Below, in pieces: positions 55,582 through 64,000 of a DNA stretch of 64,000 bases (the stretch's first letter is position 1; each line of letters begins with the position of its first letter). Source of the DNA: Candidatus Lindowbacteria bacterium RIFCSPLOWO2_12_FULL_62_27 (GTDB taxonomy: Bacteria > Lindowbacteria > 2-12-FULL-62-27); contig MFPR01000033.1 of assembly GCA_001784175.1 (NCBI GenBank), forward strand, positions 1 through 64,000. The letters run 5' to 3'. The position numbers and the translations under genes were made by a program. The notes beneath the pieces were generated by a model. The model saw nothing but the letters and a program-made list of their open reading frames with translations, ran no database searches and had not been told where the DNA came from.

Positions 55582-56870
55582 CAGGCGTCCCTCGGGATGC
55601 CCATCCGGTCGAGCGTCGGGATCAGATCGGACTCGGGGACCGTCTGCTGTTCGCCGCGGGAAAGGTCCTTGATGGAAACCGAGTTCGTCTTCGCCTCTTC
55701 TTCTCCGAGGATCACGACCACGCGGGCGCCCGATTTGTCCGCGGCCCGGAACTGGCTCTTGAAGCTCTTGCCGTCCGACAACGGGAGCAGGGTGGAAATT
55801 TGCGAGGCGCGGAGACGCTCAGCCAGATTGAACGCGCGCCTGCGGGCGGCCCTGTCTTCGGCGCAGACAAAAAACACCGATGCGGAACAGGCGCCGGCCG
55901 CGCCCGGCGTGCTGGAGGCCGGCAGTTTCGACATGAGCTCGATCAACCGCTCGATCCCGCCGGCGAAGCCGACCGCCGGGAGGTCCGGGCCGCCGAGCGC
56001 CGCGACGAGGCCGTCGTAGCGGCCGCCGGCGATGACGGCGTCCTGCGCGCCGAGGGCGGCCGTGACGAATTCGAAGACTGTGCGCACATAGTAATCGAGT
56101 CCGCGGACGAGCCGGTCGCGCGCGGTGAAGGCAAGACCGGCGTCGGCCAGCAGTTCCTTCACCTCTGCGTCATGCCGCCGGCACAACTCGCAGAGACTTT
56201 CGGAAATCTTCGGCGACGATTCGTAGGCGTGGACGCAGCCGTCTCGCTTGCAGTCCAGGCACCGGAGCGGATTTCGGTCGATCCGGTCCCGGCATTCCTC
56301 GCAGAGATCGGCGGCGCGGTCTTTGAGAAAAACGCCGAGGTGGTCGAGAAAAACCGGCCGGCAGGCCGCGCAGCCGAGGCTGTTGATCAGGAGCGTCGCG
56401 TGCCCCGAAAGGCCGAGTTCCTGGAGGAGCGCGTGGCCGACCGAGATCACCTCGGCGTCGGCCGCGGCGGTCGGCGTGCCGAAATACTCGATCCCGAACT
56501 GATGAAATTGCCGGTACCGGCCGGCCTGCGGGCGCTCGTAACGGAACATGGGCCCGAGATAAAAAAGTTTGAGCGTGTCGGTCACCTGGATTTTTTCCTC
56601 GACCAAAAACCGGACCACCGACGCTGTTCCCTCCGGGCGCAGGCTGAGAAGCCGGCCCTTGCGGTCCGCAAATGTGTACATTTCCTTCGAGACGATGTCG
56701 GTGGCTTCGCCGATGGACCGGCTGAACAGCGCCGCCTCCTCAAAGATCGGCGTGCGGACCTGCTGGATGCCGTACCGGCGGAAGACGCGGCCGGTGGCGG
56801 ATTCGATGCGGCAAAAGAGGCGTTCTTCAGGCCCGAAAAAATCCCGGGTCCCGCGGACTTTTTGTATCAA
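55581..56870 (-). CDS. hisS: Histidine--tRNA ligase
   Basis: RGTRD, LRPEGTA, FRYERPQAGR, RGLDYY, GGRYD. Confidence 0.98.
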   Translation of the reverse strand: MIQKVRGTRDFFGPEERLFCRIESATGRVFRRYGIQQVRTPIFEEAALFSRSIGEATDIVSKEMYTFADRKGRLLSLRPEGTASVVRFLVEEKIQVTDTLKLFYLGPMFRYERPQAGRYRQFHQFGIEYFGTPTAAADAEVISVGHALLQELGLSGHATLLINSLGCAACRPVFLDHLGVFLKDRAADLCEECRDRIDRNPLRCLDCKRDGCVHAYESSPKISESLCELCRRHDAEVKELLADAGLAFTARDRLVRGLDYYVRTVFEFVTAALGAQDAVIAGGRYDGLVAALGGPDLPAVGFAGGIERLIELMSKLPASSTPGAAGACSASVFFVCAEDRAARRRAFNLAERLRASQISTLLPLSDGKSFKSQFRAADKSGARVVVILGEEEAKTNSVSIKDLSRGEQQTVPESDLIPTLDRMGIPRDA

Positions 56871-56879
56871 CCTGAAGTC

Positions 56880-58031
56880 TTATCGACAGAGTCGGGCAAG
56901 TGCGGCGGCCTTGTCAGTGCGCTCCCAGGTGAATTCGGGGTTCGTCCGGCCGAAGTGGCCGTAGGCCGCGGTCTTCTTGTAAATCGGCCGGCGCAGGTTC
57001 AGCATTTCCATGATGCCGCGCGGCGTCAGGTCGAAGACTTTGCGGATCGCCCGCGAGATCTTGTCGTCCGAGACGGCGCCGGTGCCGAAGGTCTGGACCA
57101 TGACGCTCACCGGTTCGGCCACGCCGATCGCGTAGGCCACCTGGACCTCGCATTCCTCCGCAAGCTTCGACGCCACCACGTTCTTGGCGATGTACCGCGC
57201 TGCGTAACAGGCTGACCGGTCGACCTTGCTGGGATCCTTGCCGGAGAACGCGCCGCCGCCGTGCCGGCCGAGGCCGCCATACGTGTCGACGATGATTTTC
57301 CGCCCGGTCACGCCCGCGTCGCCCATGGGGCCGCCGACGACAAACCGGCCGGTGGGGTTGACATAGACTTTGGTGCGGCCGTTCATCAGGCGGGCCGGGA
57401 TCACTTTTTTGATGACCTTGTTGATGATGTGCGGCCGGATCTGCTGGACGGTCGAATCGGCGCTGTGCTGGGTCGAGATGACCACCGCGCTGACTCGGAC
57501 AGGGCGGCCGCGGATGTACTCGACCGTTACCTGGGACTTGCCGTCCGGCCGGAGGAAATCGACCTCGCCGCGCTTGCGGACGGCGGCCAGCTTCTCGCAG
57601 AGCCGGTGCGCCAACATGATGGGCAGGGGCATGAGGCTCGGCGTTTCGTTGACCGCGTAGCCGAACATCAGGCCCTGGTCGCCGGCGCCGCCGGTGTCGA
57701 CGCCCATGGCGATGTCGGGCGATTGCTGCTGCATCGCGACGAGGACGGCGCAGGTGTTGCCGTCGAAGCCGTAGTTGGCGTCGTTGTAGCCGATCCCGTT
57801 GACGGTCTGGCGGACGAGTTTCTGATAGTCCAGCCGGGCCTTGGTGGTGATCTCCCCGGCCACCACCACCATGCCGGTCTTGAGCAGGGCCTCGCACGCC
57901 ACGCGCGAATACTTGTCCTGGCGGATGCACTCGTCGAGGACCGAGTCGGCGATCTGGTCGGCCATCTTGTCCGGATGACCCTCGGTCACCGATTCCGAGG
58001 TGAACACAAAACTCCGATTAAAATGCGGCAT
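56880..58031 (-). CDS. metK: S-adenosylmethionine synthetase
   Basis: [28 protein letters not shown]. Confidence 0.99.
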   Translation of the reverse strand: MPHFNRSFVFTSESVTEGHPDKMADQIADSVLDECIRQDKYSRVACEALLKTGMVVVAGEITTKARLDYQKLVRQTVNGIGYNDANYGFDGNTCAVLVAMQQQSPDIAMGVDTGGAGDQGLMFGYAVNETPSLMPLPIMLAHRLCEKLAAVRKRGEVDFLRPDGKSQVTVEYIRGRPVRVSAVVISTQHSADSTVQQIRPHIINKVIKKVIPARLMNGRTKVYVNPTGRFVVGGPMGDAGVTGRKIIVDTYGGLGRHGGGAFSGKDPSKVDRSACYAARYIAKNVVASKLAEECEVQVAYAIGVAEPVSVMVQTFGTGAVSDDKISRAIRKVFDLTPRGIMEMLNLRRPIYKKTAAYGHFGRTNPEFTWERTDKAAALARLCR

Positions 58032-58100
58032 TCCCTTTCTCCTCCTTCAACAGTGAGATGTATCTGAATAGGGAACTTCTATCACAGGGCCCCGGCCAAG

Positions 58101-59846
58101 TCAAAGCGGGGGCGCGGCCGGCGGCCGCCGGTTGGCCAGATGCCACCGCGCTCGCTCGAGGTTGTTGCGGGCGTCGGCGAAGTCGGGGTTCAGGCGCAGG
58201 GCTTCGGTCAGGTAGCGGATGGACTCCTCGAATCGCCCCTGCTGGAGGAGGGCGGCGCCCATGTTGTTGAGGGCGTTCAGGTGGGTGGGCGCGATCTGGA
58301 GGGTGCGCGCGAAGTGACGGACCGCGTCGTCGAGTTTGCCCTGCCGGGCGAGCGCGCTGCCGAGGTTGCTGTGGGCGTCGGCATAATTCGGCTCGATCAG
58401 GAGGGCCGCCTGATACTGGGCGATCGCCTCGTCGATCCTGCCCTTCTGCACGAGGGCCTTGCCCAGGCCGAGGCGGCCCTTGGTGTGGTTGGGTACGCAT
58501 CGCACGGTTTCGGAATAATGCCGGATGGCGAGGTCGAGGTTTCCCTCGGTGAGGGACTGATTGCCCAGATTGTAGTGGGCCAGATAATTGTCCGGCTCGA
58601 CCCGGACGGAATACTCGTACAGCGTGCGGGTGTCCTTCCACTGCGCCACATACTTTTGCGTACCGAAGAGGAGCGCGATCAGGATGGCCGCGGCCGCGGC
58701 CGACAGAATCGTCCCGCGGCGCGCCCACGCCCGCGTCGCATCGGACACGCCCCACGCGATCGCCATGTACACGCCGATGAGCGGGACGTACGTGTAGCGG
58801 TCCGCCATGGCCTGCCGGCCGACCTGCACGATTCCGATGACCGGGATCAGCGTCACGACATACCAGAGCCAGCCCACCGTCAAGTACGGCCACCGGCGCG
58901 CCTCCGTGACCGCCAGCCCCGTGACCAGCGCGAGAACGAGGACCGAGCCGATCACCTGCCAGACCGGCAATGCGTTACCCGGATGAGGGTAGAAAAACGT
59001 CAGGCCCTTCGGCCAGAACATGAGGACGATGTATTTGACATAGGACACGAATGCGTTTGCGAGCCGCAAGGACAGCGGGACATGGTCGATGGCGGCGGCC
59101 GCGTAGCTTTTCTGAACCATGAGCGTCACTACGCAGGATCCCGCCGCGATCAGCATCAGGGGGATTTTTTCCCTGACGAGCGCTGCGACCGTCGCCGATT
59201 CAAACCGCTTGAGCGGCCAATAGTCCAGCATGAGCAGCACGAGAGGAACGCTGACGAGCATCGGTTTGGCCATGAGGCCGAGCGCGAGGGACGCGGCGAC
59301 GGCCGCGTAGCGGACCGCGCCCGGGCGGTGTGCGTAGGACGCGTAGGCCCCCACCGCGAGAAACCAGAAGAATGTGCTGAGGACGTTTTTGCGCTCGGCC
59401 ACCCACGCCACCGATTCGACGGTGAGCGGATGCACGGCGAAGAGCGCCGCCACAAAGGCGGCCTGCCAGACCGCGGCGGTCATCCGGTGGAGAACCATGA
59501 AGAGCAAAATCGCGTTCGCGATGTGGATCGCCAGGCTCACGAGATGGTGCCCGCCGGCGGCCGCATCGAACATCTGGCAGTCCAACATATGGGACAGCCA
59601 GGTGAGCGGATGCCAGTTGCTGGCGTGGCCGGTGGTGAACGCCCATGCGATGCCGGGGGCGGTCAGGCCCGCGCGGACCTGCGGATTGTTCGTGACGTAC
59701 TGGTTGTCGTCGTAGTCAAAAAAATCGTGATGCCGGATGGGCCAGTAGGCGGCCAGCGTCAGGATGGCCAGACCGACGGCGATGCCGGACAAAAGCCATC
59801 GGTTCATCACGGGGGGTGGAAATCGGGCCAGCCTATTTTTTTTCAT
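58101..59846 (-). CDS. Membrane protein with C-terminal TPRs (TMTC/GT-C glycosyltransferase-like)
   Basis: DYDD luminal motif, WHPL, HPLTVESVAW..ERK, ADRYTY, TPR tail; start uncertain. Confidence 0.88.
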   Translation of the reverse strand: MKKNRLARFPPPVMNRWLLSGIAVGLAILTLAAYWPIRHHDFFDYDDNQYVTNNPQVRAGLTAPGIAWAFTTGHASNWHPLTWLSHMLDCQMFDAAAGGHHLVSLAIHIANAILLFMVLHRMTAAVWQAAFVAALFAVHPLTVESVAWVAERKNVLSTFFWFLAVGAYASYAHRPGAVRYAAVAASLALGLMAKPMLVSVPLVLLMLDYWPLKRFESATVAALVREKIPLMLIAAGSCVVTLMVQKSYAAAAIDHVPLSLRLANAFVSYVKYIVLMFWPKGLTFFYPHPGNALPVWQVIGSVLVLALVTGLAVTEARRWPYLTVGWLWYVVTLIPVIGIVQVGRQAMADRYTYVPLIGVYMAIAWGVSDATRAWARRGTILSAAAAAILIALLFGTQKYVAQWKDTRTLYEYSVRVEPDNYLAHYNLGNQSLTEGNLDLAIRHYSETVRCVPNHTKGRLGLGKALVQKGRIDEAIAQYQAALLIEPNYADAHSNLGSALARQGKLDDAVRHFARTLQIAPTHLNALNNMGAALLQQGRFEESIRYLTEALRLNPDFADARNNLERARWHLANRRPPAAPPL

Positions 59847-61416
59847 ATTTTTGAATCTGCCCTCGAAATCCACCCATGTCTACGTCCTGATGGAAGTTTA
59901 ATTCCAGTCCCGCAGTGCGGGCCTCTTTGGCGTTCTGTTCCGGCAGCGGCGAAATCCAGACAAAGCGTCCGCCCGGCGCCAGCGTTTCGGCGGCGTGCTC
60001 GATGAACCGTTTCAAGAGAGGCCCAACGCCTCCGGGCCGGGAACGCCGGCCCATCGGCGGATCCGTGAGGATGAGCGTGACACCCGGCACATGCTCCGTC
60101 AGCGCATCGCCGACGCGGAGTCGGGCGCCGTGAATGCCGGCGGCCTTCAGGTTCCGTTCCGCCACTTCGATGGCGCGCGGATCGATATCGGTCCCGTGAA
60201 GTTCCCGGCAGGATCCGGCGAGCGCGCGTTCGACGAGCTCGGTGCCGGCGCCGGCGAAGGGGTCCCAGACCACATCGTCCGGCCGCGGGCCCGCGACGCG
60301 CGCGAGCGCGGCGGCCAGGGTCGGATGCGACGAGGCGTAAACGGAATTCAGCCGGTAGGCAAAGCGAGGATCGGGGAGTTTTTTAGGATGAAGGTCGACC
60401 CGGGTCTCATTTTTCGATTGATGGACGACCGCCTCCCACGTGCTGTCCGCAGGATCGTTGATCAGTTCGGGCCGGCGGGCGGCAATCTCTTTCACGCAAT
60501 TCCAAACCGCCGCGCGCCGGGGACCCGCGCCGGCCCACTCGATGCGGTATCGAATGAGCCCGCACGTCCAGGTTTTGAAAATCTTCATGGCCGCTTCCTG
60601 TGTCAGCGCCGCCACCACAGCCCCGGCCCCCGTGCCCTGGACGGGCGGGAGGGCCATTCCGAAATTCAAAAACGTCCGCGCGGAAAAAATACTTTCCAGC
60701 GGCCCGCGCAACGTGACGCCGACCGCGCCGCATCCCAGCACCTGCGGCTGCCAGGAAGCGCCGAATTCGGCCGTCAGGATTTTTTCCAATCCGGCGCGGC
60801 AATGGGCGACGAGCCGGGTGCTCGAAGAAGGCGCGACGCCGCCGTCGACGGTGGACTCCGTGTTCCGGACCAGATTGCGGGAAATGATGAGCGCCGCCTG
60901 GCCGATGATCCTTTTTAATTCGGCGTCTTTTGTCTCGAACGCGCGGAGCGCATCGAGAGATTTTTCCCCACCAATTTTGCCGAGGGACGCCGCGATCGAA
61001 CGGCGGTGATCGATGCGGTCTTCGCGCGCCCATTTTTGCAGAAGCGCATCTTCCACGCCCGGCAGAGGCATTCGTCCCAGTGCGAGGACGGCATTGCGGC
61101 GTGTTTTGAGATCTTCGTCGTAGAGGAGGGCCAGGAGCGCATCGCGGATGTCAGGGGCTGGCGCGACCTGCCCGATTCGGCCGAGAATTTTCACGAGATG
61201 CCCGCGCACGGGCCGTGTCGACCCGGGCAGGCGGGCGAGAAGGCAAGCTGCGGCAGGACGGCCGACCCGCAGGATCGCATTTTGAACGGCCTGGACCCGC
61301 TCATCGTTCGCTGTTTTCAAAAGTTCGATCAGCGCGTCGACGTCCCGGACAGAGGGCGTGAACGATTTTTCGCGCACGGCGTCAAGGAGCGCGGCGGCAT
61401 CCCGGCGGTTTTTCAT
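59833..61416 (-). CDS. HEAT-repeat plus SAM-dependent RNA methyltransferase (RlmL/UPF0020-like) fusion
   Basis: RRNAVLALG and RRSIAASLG HEAT repeats; PTLAAAL, WDPFAGAGT, TDPPMG. Confidence 0.8.
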   Translation of the reverse strand: MKNRRDAAALLDAVREKSFTPSVRDVDALIELLKTANDERVQAVQNAILRVGRPAAACLLARLPGSTRPVRGHLVKILGRIGQVAPAPDIRDALLALLYDEDLKTRRNAVLALGRMPLPGVEDALLQKWAREDRIDHRRSIAASLGKIGGEKSLDALRAFETKDAELKRIIGQAALIISRNLVRNTESTVDGGVAPSSSTRLVAHCRAGLEKILTAEFGASWQPQVLGCGAVGVTLRGPLESIFSARTFLNFGMALPPVQGTGAGAVVAALTQEAAMKIFKTWTCGLIRYRIEWAGAGPRRAAVWNCVKEIAARRPELINDPADSTWEAVVHQSKNETRVDLHPKKLPDPRFAYRLNSVYASSHPTLAAALARVAGPRPDDVVWDPFAGAGTELVERALAGSCRELHGTDIDPRAIEVAERNLKAAGIHGARLRVGDALTEHVPGVTLILTDPPMGRRSRPGGVGPLLKRFIEHAAETLAPGGRFVWISPLPEQNAKEARTAGLELNFHQDVDMGGFRGQIQKYEKK

Positions 61417-61480
61417 ATCAGTTATATGAATTATGGGAATTGCAGAGTCAACCGATGATCTGGTAGGATTATCCAATCGC

Positions 61481-63139
61481 ATGAGCGCGAAGCTGGTAGT
61501 GCTGGAGGGTCCGCTGAAAGGGAAAACCATTCCCGTCTACAAATCCCCGATGTCCATCGGCCGGGCCGTCGACGCCGATATTGTCCTCACCGATCTTGGG
61601 GTTTCACGAAAGCATGCGCAGATCGTTCAAGACCAGGCGGGCTACAAACTCATCGACACCCAGAGCCGGTGCGGCACCATCCTCAACCAGCGCCCAATCC
61701 GGGAATCGCCGTTGAATGACGGGGACGAGATGGTGATCGGCAAGTTCCGGATCCGGTTTTCGGTCGAGGCCGCGGCGTCGGCCGACGAGATGGCCGACGA
61801 CGAGACCGACAGCGGGCTGGTTTCCGCCATCAAGGTGGAGAACGTCTTGCTCGGCGCTCCGCATCCGGAAACGGAATCGGCCGAACACACCCACAAGACC
61901 AATCTGCGGCTGAAGGCCCTCCTCGAGATGGCCACGGCGCTTCAGGACGCCCATGACCTCGACAAGGTGCTGGCCCAGATTTTGGACAGAATGTTCGTCA
62001 TCCTCAAACCGGACCGGGCCTACATTCTGCTCGTGGATCCGAAATCGGGAGACATCCGGCCGGCGGGCGTCAAGACCAAAGACGGCGCGGCGCCGGCGCT
62101 GGACCAGATTCCCATCAGCCACACGATCTGCAAGCGCGTGATCCGTAGCCACGAGGCGCTCATCACGATGGACGCCGCAACCGATCAGCGGCTCAAGGCC
62201 GGCGTGAGCATCCACGATTTCTCCATCCGGTCCGCCATGTGCGCGCCGATGATCCACAATGAAAAGGTGGTCGGGCTCATCCATGTGGACACCAAGGGGC
62301 TGGTGAAAAGCTTCACGAACGACGACCTGGAGCTTCTCGTGGCCGCCGCGTCCACGGCCGCGACCGCGGTCGCCAACACGATGCTCAGCGTGGAGATTCA
62401 GAGGCATGAGGAGGTTCGCCACAACATGTCCCGGTTCTTCTCCCCGGCGATCGTCGAGCAGGTGACGAAGGCGGAGGGAAAAATGAAGCTGGACGGGGAG
62501 CGGATCCGGGTCTCGATCCTGTTCACCGATCTACGGGGCTTCACGGCCCTGTCGCAGGATTTGCAGGTCGAGGACGTGGTGTCGCTCCTGAACCGCCATT
62601 TTTCGATGGCGGTCACGAACCTCTTCAAGGAGGGCGGGACGCTGGACAAATTTCTGGGGGACGGCCTCATGGCGATTTTCGGCGCGCCGGTCCCTCTCAA
62701 AAATCCGGCGGAGGGCGCGGTCAAGGCGGCGACGAACATCATCACGGCGACGGAGATTCTGAACGGCCTGATCGCGGCGGACGGGTTGCCGCCGCTCAAA
62801 GTGGGAATCGGGATCGCCACGGGATTCGCCATCGTCGGCACCATCGGATCGCCCGAGCGGCTCGAATACACGGCCATCGGCTCGCCCGTCAATCTCGCGG
62901 CACGCCTCACGGCGGTCGCCGAGGCCGGACAGATCCTCATCGACGAGGCTACGGCCGAGGCGCTGTCGCGCAAGGCCCCGCTCAAGGATCTGGGACAAAT
63001 CGCCGTCAAGGGCTTCAGCGGCCCCATCCGGCATTATCAGGTCACGGTGACGCCGGCCGGGTCAGCCGCTCCGCGGCCCCAAGTGCCGGCGTCTCCGACG
63101 CCGGCCGGGTCAGCGCCTCCGGCGCCGGCCGGTCAATAA
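61481..63139 (+). CDS. FHA-GAF class III adenylate cyclase
   Basis: IGR..VSRKHA (FHA), SAMCAP (GAF), FTDLRGFT, DKFLGDG, YTAIG..VNLAARL. Confidence 0.94.
   Translation: MSAKLVVLEGPLKGKTIPVYKSPMSIGRAVDADIVLTDLGVSRKHAQIVQDQAGYKLIDTQSRCGTILNQRPIRESPLNDGDEMVIGKFRIRFSVEAAASADEMADDETDSGLVSAIKVENVLLGAPHPETESAEHTHKTNLRLKALLEMATALQDAHDLDKVLAQILDRMFVILKPDRAYILLVDPKSGDIRPAGVKTKDGAAPALDQIPISHTICKRVIRSHEALITMDAATDQRLKAGVSIHDFSIRSAMCAPMIHNEKVVGLIHVDTKGLVKSFTNDDLELLVAAASTAATAVANTMLSVEIQRHEEVRHNMSRFFSPAIVEQVTKAEGKMKLDGERIRVSILFTDLRGFTALSQDLQVEDVVSLLNRHFSMAVTNLFKEGGTLDKFLGDGLMAIFGAPVPLKNPAEGAVKAATNIITATEILNGLIAADGLPPLKVGIGIATGFAIVGTIGSPERLEYTAIGSPVNLAARLTAVAEAGQILIDEATAEALSRKAPLKDLGQIAVKGFSGPIRHYQVTVTPAGSAAPRPQVPASPTPAGSAPPAPAGQ
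63054..63135. repeat. 48-bp palindromic unit, copy 2 (about 1.5 units), forming the cyclase C-terminal tail
   Basis: CGGCCGGGTC at 63054 and 63102, same CCCAAGTGCC core, TCC-loop hairpins. Confidence 0.9.
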
Positions 63140-63528
63140 AGAGGGGAGTGGACGTCCGTTTTCAGCACGTAGGTAGGCTGGCCGCCCACCGTGTCAGTTT
63201 GCTGGATGACGTAAAGCTGCTTGTTGTGGCAGACGAGGTCGAATTGGGCGAAGCCGAGATTCTTGTACGCATGGATCCGGAATTCGTTGTCTTTGGCTTT
63301 CAAAATATCCTTGACCTCGTCGGGCGGGAAATCTTCATTCAGTTCCTCGCCTTTCATGAGACGCATGATTTTGAGAACATTGTTCGGTGACAGTCCCTCC
63401 TGCTGAAGCTCCTTTCGAATCGCATCCGGCGGCGCGCCCCCCGCGAGCTTCTGCTTCATTCGGTCGACGGTCTTCAAGAGGTGCTTTTTCATCATGACGA
63501 AGATGGTCGTGCGGTCGCCCGGGCTCAA
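63133..63528 (-). CDS. Hypothetical protein
   Basis: 131-aa ORF starting 4 nt after comEA, protein-like composition; start may be ATG 63495. Confidence 0.75.
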   Translation of the reverse strand: MSPGDRTTIFVMMKKHLLKTVDRMKQKLAGGAPPDAIRKELQQEGLSPNNVLKIMRLMKGEELNEDFPPDEVKDILKAKDNEFRIHAYKNLGFAQFDLVCHNKQLYVIQQTDTVGGQPTYVLKTDVHSPLY

Positions 63529-63532
63529 GGCG

Positions 63533-63979
63533 CTATTTCACCGTGATGTGGGGTTTGAGTTTTTCGAATTTCTTTTCTCCGATGCCCGGGATGGTCCTCA
63601 GATCCTCGACGCTCGCGAATTTCCCGCCGCGCGCCTCCCGCGCCTTCAGAATTTTCTCGGCCATGGACGCGCCCACACCCGGCAGGCGGTCCAAGTCGGC
63701 GGCGGTCGCCGTGTTAAGGTTGATCAGCTCGCCCTCGGCCATGGGTGGCGTGGGCGAGGTCGAGTGGCTGCTCGATTTCGGGCGGGGAGCCGAAGCCCTC
63801 GAAGCGCCGGCGGGCGCGTCATCCGCAGTGCGTGACCCGCCCGGTCTCAGGACCAGAACAAGCCCCACCGTCAGGACCAGCGCCGCGGCCGCGCCACCCC
63901 ATATGATCGAGGGTTTGTGGTACCACGGCCGAAGTTCCAGATTCGCGCGGCTGTAAACGCCGGACATCGTGCCTTCCAT
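63533..63979 (-). CDS. comEA: ComEA-family helix-hairpin-helix DNA-binding protein; frame stays open to the window edge
   Basis: TM anchor; INLNTA...LPGVG..A..I..R...F.SVEDL..IPGIG. Confidence 0.9.
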   Translation of the reverse strand: MEGTMSGVYSRANLELRPWYHKPSIIWGGAAAALVLTVGLVLVLRPGGSRTADDAPAGASRASAPRPKSSSHSTSPTPPMAEGELINLNTATAADLDRLPGVGASMAEKILKAREARGGKFASVEDLRTIPGIGEKKFEKLKPHITVK

Positions 63980-64000
63980 CAGCTTCAGCGCGTTTTCCAG

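Noticed and set aside
55880-55930. Ala/Gly-rich hisS linker as a repeat insertion
   Set aside because: No match to any repeat family here; this linker is naturally variable

Overview
A GC-rich bacterial chromosome segment, mostly core and envelope genes, with one 14-N gap at 559-572. The first ~1.7 kb looks like the end of an element integrated in a tRNA-Tyr gene. The evidence is a 5' half-tRNA with an intact sigma70-type promoter, arm-like direct repeats, a YspA/SLOG-like gene running off the edge, and a ~950-nt hairpin-dense noncoding region. Next come a frameshifted PII-like gene, a protein with two tandem Fe-S PD-(D/E)XK nuclease domains ahead of comEC (whose own nuclease motif is degenerate), TolC plus RND without an adaptor, a Kef antiporter, msrAB, sensor proteins, alpha-2-macroglobulin/pbpC, a vapBC islet, fadJ/fadI-like genes and tRNA-Gly. 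These are followed by rimI-yajC-TPR-X-secD-secF, a PaaK-like ligase, a secreted papain/double-Kelch protein under a near-perfect CRP box, and yqeY, queD, ogg. The window ends with the metK-hisS-aspS-phoH-7TM/HD-ybeY-corC-recO cluster, a TMTC-like protein, a HEAT-methyltransferase, an FHA-GAF adenylate cyclase and comEA. At least four families of small palindromic repeats occur, two of them inside coding sequences. No CRISPR array, rRNA, transposase or integrase gene was seen. Product calls come from motif recognition only; no database search was run.
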